From the NCBI GenBank assembly GCA_020536535.1, contig JAHLWZ010000947.1:1-39685 (forward strand): DNA of 39,685 bases, given 5' to 3'. Both the position numbers and the translations under genes were made by a program. The DNA comes from Pelomyxa schiedti. Taxonomy: Eukaryota; Protista; Evosea. Positions 1 to 10,221 of this stretch are shown here, piece after piece (position 1 is the stretch's first letter; the number at the start of each line of letters is the position of its first letter). The notes beneath the pieces are model-generated. The model was not told the DNA's origin, searched no databases, and saw nothing but the letters and a program-made list of their open reading frames with translations.

Positions 1-2104
1 GTGGAAAAGGGGAGAGGGGGACTTACTTGCACCGCTTGGGCGGTGGTGGTGAGGCCTACCGTCTGGAGAACTGTGTTATTGGTTTCTTTTTGTATTCTTG
101 CTTTGGCGCGGTTGAGTTGCTTGATTTTGTGGTGGCTCCTGTGTACAAGTCATTTAAAAATGTCAGCGAGCACGAGGGAAGCGAATACACTTTGTTGAGC
201 TGCTCGGCACTGGCGATGCTAAGTTCGTCTTGATGAATTTGTCGCTGGAGATCCTTCACAGCCGCTGAAACTTCCTGTGCTTGATGCTGTGCAGATTCAG
301 CTTGTTCATCCATGGCATTAATCTTTCTTCGACTCTGAAGAGTATAAATCAAAGATGTCGTTAAGGAGGTGCTTACCAGCATGACTTCGGCCCGGTTTTG
401 GGAAATTATGTTTCTCGAATCCTCCAAAATTTCCATGGCACTTTCCTTCCCTCGGGAGAGATCTTGCAGGTGCTGTTGCAGTTTTTCTGTCCGATGGGCG
501 TGCCTTTGAGGTTGGTTATTTAATGCCATACAGTAGGTAACTTTACTTGGCACTCTCTGTTTTGAGGGTGTGCTCTGCAGTTTCTACAACTGCAGCAGTT
601 GTTTCGGCTGTCAATACCTAATACAAGAAAAGGTTAAAGTAACAGAGTGCCAAGTAAAAGGAACCTTCTGATCTACAATGTCATCCTAGGATGCATGCGT
701 TATGCGATAAATTGTAACAGGGAAATCATACTTCAAGTTCGCGGTTCTGCTCTTGTAACTGCCTGGTATAGTTTGTCATTGACCGTAATCGATGCTCCTC
801 CGTCACAATGAAGGAGTCCAAGTCTTGGATATCTTCCTACTAGTGTGAGTTGAAGTACAGCAAGTAGTAGTAAGTGCCTGAAGAGTGTTTAATTCTTTGG
901 AAAAGAGCTCGTGGTGCTTTTCAATTTCGTGGGACTTCGAAACTGCAGTTTTGTGTGTTTTTGTGCTTGAGCTGAGGCGTTTCATCGATTTTGTATAGGA
1001 CTCAATAGTTTCCTCTGGTGTATGTTAGGGTGTGATAAATACGATGGGAGTGAACCAAGAGAACGGCGCTCTTTCTCCACTTTATGAGCCACGTGGCGTC
1101 GTTCTCTATGAAGGTTCGTATTGTGTTGTTTGACCATTGTTATCCTTGTGCCTTAATCAGTCAGTTATTTGCGATTTGTGCGCGTGGATGTTAGTACTGA
1201 AGTTGTGTGTCGTGGAGTTCTGCTTCTTTTTGTTTTACAGAAGCGGCAAGAGCGTCTTTTTTAGCTGAAGATTCTGTCAATGTCTCCATATAATTTTTTT
1301 GTGTTTCCAGAGCATCACAAAGTTGTTTCTGTCGAGTGTTGAGATGGGAGTGCAGTTGTATTGGAAAACCTTGAGTGCTTTGAGTTTGTTTTCGTGGTCA
1401 GCTTTAAGTTTGTTGTACATTTCCTTCTTTTCTTCGGCCTGTCTTTCCAAGTCGGCCTTCACTTGTTGTTCTGTTTGTAGTATGGCTCTTTTGTTTGAGA
1501 GCAGTTTAGGAAGAGCAAGAAGCAAATGCTGTTGGTAACCTGAGTTCCTCTAATTCACTGAGTATTTTGTCCCTATCCCTGTTGAGCCTCTCGGTTTCCA
1601 ATTGCTCTTGCTCGAGTTTCAATCTAAGAGATTTGTGCTGATCTGACTCCGTGCTGAAGTTTGCTTCCTGAGAGGAAGTAAAAATCAAGCATTGAAAGAA
1701 ATTCTCTCACATCAATCATCTTTTTCAACATGCGTATCTCAGCTTCATGAGCTCGCTTTTCTGTTTCAATCTTTTCCTTGAGGTCTCTTTCTTTTTGTTC
1801 CAACTCTCTTCGGGCTTTATTCTGAGCATAACTTTAGTCCCGCGCAGGACCTTTGCTGGCATACCTCCGCAATCTTAGTGAGCAGAAGGCGTTGCTCCAA
1901 GTCCTCGATATCCTTGTTAACTTCCTTTATTTTTTCTGTTGGCAACAGTAAGCAAGCGAAACCCGCTCAAAAAGGCACACCAAGAGTTTGGGTTGTTTGT
2001 GCTTTAGAATTTTCTATGCCTCTGTCTTGGTCATCAAGAAACGCCTTCATTTGTTGCAAACCCTCCCGCTACAACCCACCGGTTAACGAAACTGCAAAAA
2101 CTAC

Positions 2105-2188
<84 letters not shown>

Positions 2189-2313
2189 ATTGCGGGAGGG
2201 ATTGCGGTGGGGGGTTTGGCGGTCGTATCAGGTGACGCGGCTGCACCGCCCGTCGTCCGAAATTGTGCGTTAAACGAGGCCATGAACGCCTCGAACTCTT
2301 TGCGGTCGCTCAT
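1..2313 (-). CDS. Multi-exon coiled-coil protein of unknown function; 3' end runs off the left edge
   Basis: ATG at 2313 (MSDRKEFEAFMASF...). GT-AG splicing joins heptad-rich exons (REGLQQMKAFLDDQ, NKARRELEQKERDLKEKIETEK, LRLKLEQEQLETERLNRDRDK). The last visible exon (KIKQLNRAKARIQKETNN...AQAVQ) ends at a GTAAG donor near position 28. Confidence 0.75.
2106..2186. repeat. 81-nt poly(A) tract with one C (poly-U on the sense strand of intron 1 of the minus-strand gene)
   Basis: Directly visible; on the minus strand it starts at the GT donor after ...PPAM. Confidence 0.95.
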
Positions 2314-2580
2314 CGTCTTGCTTTTTCTTTTCTTTTCTGTCCCTTGTTCTGTTGTTTTGTTTTAGCGTAATGCGGAATTGGGCAAGAAGAAACAGGCCAA
2401 AAAAAACCACAGACAAACTTTAGTTGTTGAGGCATCGACCACTAGGCTAGGAATGAGCGGCCAACTCGCCTCTTGTAACACTGTCTGCCGCGGATAGCTT
2501 CGGATGCTTGACACTTCAGTCAAACAGGGCAACATCTGTTGTGGATCCTTCGCCGAACCAACTACAGATCGCTTTTTGTG

Positions 2581-4049
2581 ATGAGCGGGTGTGGTGCGGA
2601 TGTGGTGCCTCCTCCCACAGGAACCGGCAAGGGCGTACTTGTGGGATGTGACATGGACGTGTCGTATATCACTGACCGTGTCTTGGGTATCGTCTTGTTG
2701 CTTGTTTTGTTTTCCCCAGTTTGTTATTGGCGTCTGACAAATGCCCAAAATACAAGCAATGGGGAGCCCTGCAAGAAAGGTTGTTGAGATAGCAGAGTTT
2801 CTAAATGGAAGGCACCCTGGCCACTACATGGTTTGTGGTACTTATGGGATGTGGTTTCGTTTGAACGGAGCTCTTCAACAATATCATTTTAAAACTTTCT
2901 ACCCTATGCAAATGAACAAAAAAAACCACAAGGTGTGGAACTTATCTATTGAGATTGAATATGACTATTCTGCTTTTGGCAACAAGGTCCTGTTGGTGGG
3001 ATTCCCTGACCACCACGCTCCGCCACTTGGCCACCTGTGGGCGGTGTCACTTCTTTCTTCTCAGGGTGATAATAACTGATGTTTTCCCTCCCAGGTTGTA
3101 CTTCAAATGGACGCTTGGCTGAAAGCTGATTCCCGTAATGTAGCTGTAATGCACTGCCACGCTGGTAGAGGAAGGACGGGGACTGGTAAGTGGTTATAAC
3201 AATCTCAATCATGATTACTTACTGATCCAGTTATCGCTTCCTACTTGCTTTACACTGGTATTTGTCGCACACCTGACCAAGCTTTAGTGTTCTTTTCCAA
3301 ACGGCGTTCGAATAGCGGGTATGGTCTCTACTAAGTAATTGTATATTTCTCATTTCTTATTAAGGAAGGGGGTCTCCGGTCCATCCCAAAAACGGTTTCT
3401 TGCTCCTACCCGGTTCTATTCTTACCCACCTGTAGATACGTTGAGTATTTTAAAATGATATTGGACAAGAATCTTGTTGCCAACCACATCCTGACCACCA
3501 ATCGTGAGTTGCATCTCCATTCATGTCTGTTTGTTGGAGCTCCTCTTTTCCACTTCAACCCTCTCTTTGAATTAGTAGAATTGCAACATCCCCATAAACC
3601 ATTTCGCGCTCTCTCAGAGTCTCGGGCTAAGTACAACAGCTCAGTTTTCTACTCGCACTCATCATCTCAGGTACAAAATGAAAAACGGGCTTCTGGATAT
3701 CACTGTTGTCTTTCCGCATATTGTAGCAGGTGATGTTATGTTCCGTTTCCTCATCGCAAAGCCACACGGGCACGAGACTTTGTTTACTGTTTCCTTCAAC
3801 ACACACTTTGTGCGGCCGTGTTGCAGTGACTGCAATGGATGCCTATCCTTTTCCAAAAAGATGCTTGATAGCCCAAGGGGAGGGCCCCTAAAGACCGGCC
3901 TGTACCATTCCTTAGATTTATCCACCTCCCTCACCAAAAACAGAATTCCTGACGATTTCTACCTTATTATAATGTTTGGGGACTGTGGAAGTCACCCCAA
4001 ACCCAACGTTGTGTCTTGTCCACATGCCCTTCCCCGAGCTTCTCTTTGA
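2581..4049 (+). CDS. PTEN/tensin-type phosphatase with C2 domain (multi-exon)
   Basis: Spliced motifs DMDVSYITDRVL, HPGHYM-VWNLS, GFPDHHAPPL, VAVMHCHAGRGRTGTVIASYLLY (CX5R), PSQKRYVEYF, then C2-like GDVMFRF and FTVSFNTHFV. Confidence 0.85.
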
Positions 4050-4103
4050 AGAAATTTCTAAAAGAGAAGCACAACAGTTTTCTCTTGCTTAACACTGCAC
4101 TAT

Positions 4104-5897
4104 TCATAGATTCTTTTTGGCAATGTCGCCTCCATTGGCAAAGTAAGTTGTTAAATCGACACCCAAAGCTGCCAGTTTCTCCACATAGGAAAGCTTCTCC
4201 TCATTGTCAGCCTTTAGGCGAGACAAGTTTAGTTCTTGTTCCTAAACAAATTATTAGTTTCTGCCCGTACGCGGAAACGAAATGCTTATGGATAAAAATA
4301 TAAATAAACAGCGGAGGAATGCACAAACCCTGGCCTGCTGAGCAAGAGTCTCTTCATGTTGAATGCGGCTCAACAGTGTATTGTGTTCATAATCACTCTT
4401 CTGAAGTGCTTGTTCTGTGTATGGTTGGTCACAAGAACCCCCAAAATTGTGCAGAAAAAACGAACTTTGTTTCTGGCGTTCGTTTTCTTTAGCAAGTTTC
4501 ATGTCGGCCATTTGCTGGGATTGCACCTCTGTCTCGGCCTCAATTCTAAGTTGGGTGCGTGCTTGTAGTGCTTCATTTTGTATCTGTTGTAGGTTCCCGC
4601 TCCTGTGTCCTTTGTAAGCAACTTTGGTGATACGGAAACCAATAAGACTTGCTCGGCTCTGGGTTTTGTTGAATGTTTGCGTGTGTCACCGAGAATATAC
4701 CGTGAGTTGATGGTAGCATTCAAGGTTATTGAGCATATCGGTCTTCTCCAGGAAAGCCTCATACGTTAGGCTGGCGGCAAATGGCAAGATATCTATTTAG
4801 GATTACAATGTACACATTAAATAAGGGGCTGCAATACCGGCAGTTAAACTATTCTGCAATTAAGGTACTTTAATAAAAAGAATAAATGGGTTGAAGATTA
4901 ACCATAAAGTCTGCAACTGGATCATGAGTCTTGTCAAGCATGATTTCGATACTAACCAGCTCATAGAAGACCTGGAATTGCAGCTCAAGGACTGCGCTGT
5001 CACTGGTTCGCACCTATGTTCAGCAGTAGAATAGAAAACAAAAAAGTTGGGGTAACCCACTTCAGGAATAGAAAAACTGAAATCCTGGGGTACAACACTC
5101 AAAGTCTGGAAAATTCTGGCCCCGGGAATCAATTTTGCTGGATTGCGGGGGTCTGGGCCATGCCATCTGAATGCTAGAACATTTTAACGCCTCACAAAGA
5201 ATACAAGATATTACTGTGTACAGTCTCATCAACATCAGGAATGTGGAGAGCTGGACCCCTAATAATCTTGGGTGTCATTGCCTCAGTCTCAGAATTTGTA
5301 TTACTAGGAAAGATCAGTGCACAGATAAAAATAGATAACCTCTTACCTAAAAACAATCATAATCTCACTTGCTCCAACATGGACAGCCTCTTCGACGGTA
5401 ATGGAAAGGTGCTCCAAAGGATTAAACCAAACACTTGTTGGTCTTTTGAGGTGTTGTTTGTGAGTGAAAGCCGCACTTTTTGAAATATTCCGACTTACCC
5501 ACGAATCCTAGTTTTGTGGCCATCCTAAAGGAAAGTAAATGGGTGGATTTGTCGTTGTACTTCTCCACCTACCTCCTTGTGGGTTATTGTCACGTATTGA
5601 GTAGCAGACGCTGTGTGATGTTCCAGGCTGGAAATTCGACCATATTTCCCAAGTCTTATCTAGAAGCACAAGGAGGAGCATGTAGTAATAACATTTAAAA
5701 AAAGAATGTTTGCATAACACTTCACATTACCTCCTTAGGCCCCGTTACCACAATTCCGCGACCAAATTCGTCCCACCAAAACACCTGCCAAGTGTATTCG
5801 GATAAGTTTGTAAAGAGGGGAAAAAAAGTACTATGCATGACATAACAACCTGCTGACCCTCCGGAATAAGCCTCTTATGTGACCCACAACACCCCAT
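4104..5897 (-). CDS. Short (~380 aa) major-vault-protein-like / SPFH (band 7) protein with N-terminal MGCCG acylation motif
   Basis: Not recovered by the ORF track; rebuilt from about 13 small exons. ATG at 5897 has an in-frame TAA two codons upstream. Three GP-containing repeats (VVTGPKE, RIRGPTS, IIRGPAL), a shoulder/SPFH-like region (VRTSDSAVLELQFQVFYELVSIEIMLDKTHDPVADFMNSLTADI) and a C-terminal coiled coil ending KLAALGVDLTTYF...KKNL*. Confidence 0.7.
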
Positions 5898-6271
5898 TTT
5901 TTATGTTTTTGTCGGTTTTCTGTCTGGGGCCAACTTCAGAAAAAAGGGGGGTTTGATTCGATTCAAGGAATTGTACTCTGGGGGGCTGGACTTACCAGCT
6001 CAGTCTGTCTCAGGGATGGTTGTTCACACACAAGAGAAGAAGGAATGGGAGGGGTATCCCTCAGTGATGGAGGCTCCTGCCCCAATCGGCAGAAGTTTCT
6101 TCTTTTACGTTGTTCTTAGAAGCAGAATGTACACGAAGATTTTTTTTGAGTCTCCTCACAAACAGCTCTTTGATCATCTCTCACTTTCGCTTCGGATTTG
6201 CCTAAAAGAAAATCGCCTCCTTAACACAAAACAGCGACGCAAACACAACCCACAACGCAACGAATTAACGC

Positions 6272-9200
6272 ATGGACGGGTACTCCGACGTTTTCGAGTA
6301 TGAGCGCCAACTTATCGAGCCTCTTCTGGGACGGTTTGTCTCCTCCTCAATTTTCCCTCGGTGATGTTGTCATTCTTATTCTTGGATTTTTTTGGCTGTT
6401 TGGTGCCAAGCAATTGTTTGACGGATTGTGTGTTTTTTGTGTCACACAGGGAAGTATCCTCTGATGGAAACAATCGGGAAGTGTTCTTTGATGAGTGCAT
6501 AAGTGCCTTCTTCAGACCCACGTCCATTGCTGTTGTTGGCGCTACTGAGAAGCCTGGTGTGGGAAGGGTTGTTCTGGCGAACGTTAAAGGCGGGGTATGT
6601 TGTTCACCCAACCTGTAGTATTACCTGTAATAACCTTGGGTTTTTTTTTTTTTCAGGGGATAAATGCAGTTATATGGGGCATCAATCCTACACGGAAAAT
6701 GGTTCTTGGACAACCTTGCTTCCCTTCGGTGAAAGATTGCCCGAGAACTCCAGACCTGGTTGTTATAGTAACTCCTGCTCCCACCGTTCCTGCCATTGTG
6801 CAGCAGTGCACCGAGATTCGAGTAAAGGTACATCAAAGTTTTGTCATCTCTGGTTTTCCTCACTGCACAAGGCGATCATTGTTATTAGCTCTGGTTTTAA
6901 GGAAGTGGGTCCTGTAGGAAAAGCTCTGGAAGACCAAATTACGGGAATCCTACAGGCTTCAAAGTATACCAGACTCATTGGTCCGAATTGCTTTGGCATT
7001 CACTGCTCGTACACAAATTTAAACACCACCTTCGGTTCTAATGAATGCCCCCCTGTATGCTCTTCCACACTTGATAGTTATTTCAACTCTTATCAGGGAA
7101 ATTGTGCGGTTGCTAGTCAGAGTGGAGCTGTCGTTTGCACAATTCTGGATTGGGCGTTGCAAAACGGTGTTGGCTTTAGCAGCATGGTATCAGTTGGATC
7201 GATGTTAGATGTTTCCTGGTACCTGAGTTTTTTTTTGTCTGTGTTTATCCCAATTGTTCCAGGGCAGATATATTACTGTATTTCGGGAACGATCCAAATA
7301 CCAAATTCATTGTAATATACATGGAAAGTATTGGCGACCCTCGAAGCTTTATGGCTGCAGCAGAACAAGTTACTTTGAGAAAGCCCATTATAGTTTTAAA
7401 AGCTGGCAGAACCGAGGCATGAGACCCATGGTTTTTTCATGCTTAACCAATTTAGGAAGCTGCCAAAGCTGCCATGTCACATACTGGATCTCTTGCAGGA
7501 TCTGATAATGTTCTCGATGCAGCTTTTAAAAGAGCAGGCGTTATACGTGTTCAGTACATCACTGAGATTTATTCTGTAAGCTAAACGATTATCTCTTCTC
7601 TTCCTAACTCAGTGCGGTAGTATATTATGATGTTCTCTTTTTCAAAGTTGCCAAAGGGTCCGAATGTAGCCGTTGTAACCCACGCTGGAGGTCCAGGCGT
7701 GATTTGTGCCGATGCCATTGCACAGGTTTCCTTCTTAATCCCCATCATCTCTCATCCCAGTTAGGCTGGTGGGAAACTAGCTACAATTCCAAAATCAATA
7801 GTAGATTCACTGACTCCCATTGTACCAAAGCATTCTTCACTGGTATCTTTGCAAACCCCTTTGAGATTTTAATTCCCCAAAGGCAAATCCTCTAGATCTT
7901 ACTGGAGGGGCATCTCCTGAATGTTATCAGTACTGCTTGGATGCTTTAGCAACGTGCGAAGATGTGCACAGTGTTATAGTTATCGTTGCTCCGTTGTCTG
8001 GGATATGCCCTGGGACACCAGTTGCTCAGTACATCAAGCAGTTTAAAGACAGATGTGATAAAACTCTGGTGGTAGCTATGCTGGGAGGTGATGAGTTACT
8101 ATGTGCAAGGAAAGCACTTGTTAGAGACAGTATGCAGTAAGTTGGCAATAAATAGGGAGTTTACCATTCCAACAGATATTGCAGCCTTCAATATCACTGA
8201 TATCGCTGCCAGAACTATCACGGCGTATCAACCAACTTCTTTTAGCTAATGTGCTTAACGTTCATGTAGAACTTGGAACTACAAGAAAAATGTGATGGCG
8301 TTGCACCAACCTCCAAGAAAAGTTCCTCAGCTCTACTCTCACTGGAAAGCAACTGCTACTGTCAACGAAATACTAGAAAATGTATGAGTTATTCCTTTCT
8401 TTCACCAACCTGCCTTAGGTACAAAATACTGGGAGGTCGATTCTTACAGAAACGGAGTCCAAGCGAATTCTTGCTGCCTATGGAATTCCCATATCCAACA
8501 CTATTCCTGCCCGGTCTCCTGAAGAAGCTGTCGCCGTTGCAAGTTTGATTGGCTACCCTGTACAGTTCTCTCTTTTTTTCCAGTCCATAACGCATGCAGG
8601 TCGTTCTAAAATTACTCTCTGAGACAATAACCCACAAGTCGGATGTGGGTGGTGTTTTATTAAACCTAAACTCAGACGATGAGGTAACGGAGGGATTCGA
8701 GCAGATCAAGGTATCGGAAAGCCGGACCAAGAAAAAAAAAACCATCTTGTAGGTAAACTTAGCCAAATGTTATCCTGCCGACTGGGAAAAACATTTTGGG
8801 GGAGTTTCTGTGCAGCCAATGATCAATACTGCGGAATCAATAGAGCTTCTTCTTGGAGGTATTACTTGAGATTTTTGCTTGTCCTTACCCCTTTCCAGGA
8901 CACACTGATCCTCAAATGGGGCCTGTACTAGTGTTTGGTACTGGAGGGAAGTTAGTAGAAATCTTCAATGATACCGCTGTTGCTCTTCCTCCCGTCAATG
9001 CGATTTCCGCTGACATTCTAATGCAACAGGTTTACCGGAAGCATGTTAAATTGATGTAACAAAATATTTCTAGACTAAAATATATAAAGCCCTCCTTGGA
9101 GTCAGAGGGAGCAAACCTGTCGATTTAGATAAACTTGTGGGCATTATCATATCATTTGGTGATATGCTAGTAAACCACCCACTGATTAAGGTTCGACAAA

Positions 9201-10143
9201 TTATTATCCTGCGTGTCTATTCCGCCTAAACCTTTCAGGAATGTGACGTCAACCCGATTCTAGCGTCTCCAACAAGAATAACCGCAGTTGATGCCCGAAT
9301 TGTTTTATGGCCAAAGACAACAAACATGAAATCAATCCCGCAGGTTAAAGATTTGTGTACTTCGAAAGGAGAATAACGTCTCCTAAGAGAGTGATAGAAC
9401 CGTATCCCTATGAGCTTGTTCGGGAAGTTGACATGAAAGATGGCCAACACATAACTATAAGAGTGATGAGGTATCTCACTGTTTTTCTGTGAACCATGGG
9501 ATATTAAACAAACAACCTAAGAGTGGACGATTTCGAACCTTGGAAAGCTTGGGCGCAATCACTTAGTGAAGAGGCGTCGTTCGCATCTCTAGCAGATGAA
9601 ATCACACTTGAGCAGAGAATATCCCTTGCCTCCACAGTGAGAGTTCTTTTCCCGTGTAAGGACTCGTTCTCCATTGCCGCGTTCACCCCCTCTGGCCAAA
9701 TGATTGCCGGGATCAGGTTCTTTTTGCATCACAACACCCGCACAACACAACAAACCAACAAAGCCACCCTCCAATTCACCCGGAATATAATCTAACCGCG
9801 AATCACAGAATCATCAAGTACACACGAACGCAGGCGGTCTGCAGCCCAGCCATTCTAGGGACCCAGATTCAGACAGAACTCTTCACCCATCTTCTGCAGC
9901 ACACATGCCACGTGGCATCCCACTACACACACAGCACAGAGCTTGGCGGTAATTCCCCCTTCCCCTCCCCCAAACACAAAAATGTCACTCACACAATCTC
10001 ATCATGCAGCCGTCATACCAATCAAGCGGAAAGGAAGCCCATGGGAGCACGGGCAACGCCTCGCCGCCGCCTTCGAATCCCACGGGTTCCGAAACACACC
10101 AGCGTCCACTGACGCACTGCTCGTTCTCAAAGTCAACCTCTGA
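6272..10143 (+). CDS. ADP-forming acetate/acyl-CoA ligase (fused alpha-beta) with C-terminal degenerate GNAT domain
   Basis: [60 protein letters not shown] (phospho-His motif), ATP-grasp motifs ([40 protein letters not shown]), then [23 protein letters not shown] linker and a GNAT-like tail ending FESHGF...VNL*. Confidence 0.88.
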
Positions 10144-10221
10144 GAGGACCCAGATTCTCAGTGATTTCCAAGAACGCTCGAAACTGTTTTGAAAACAATT
10201 TCGGTAATCAAAACAATTTGG

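Noticed and set aside
1878-2273. Poly-Lys and poly-Phe ORFs
   Set aside because: Artefacts of reading through the intronic poly(A)/poly(T) tract.
5898-6180. Possible upstream coding exons for the vault-like gene (GTAAGT donor near 5995)
   Set aside because: An in-frame TAA directly before the 5897 ATG blocks extension; at most this is a 5' UTR intron.
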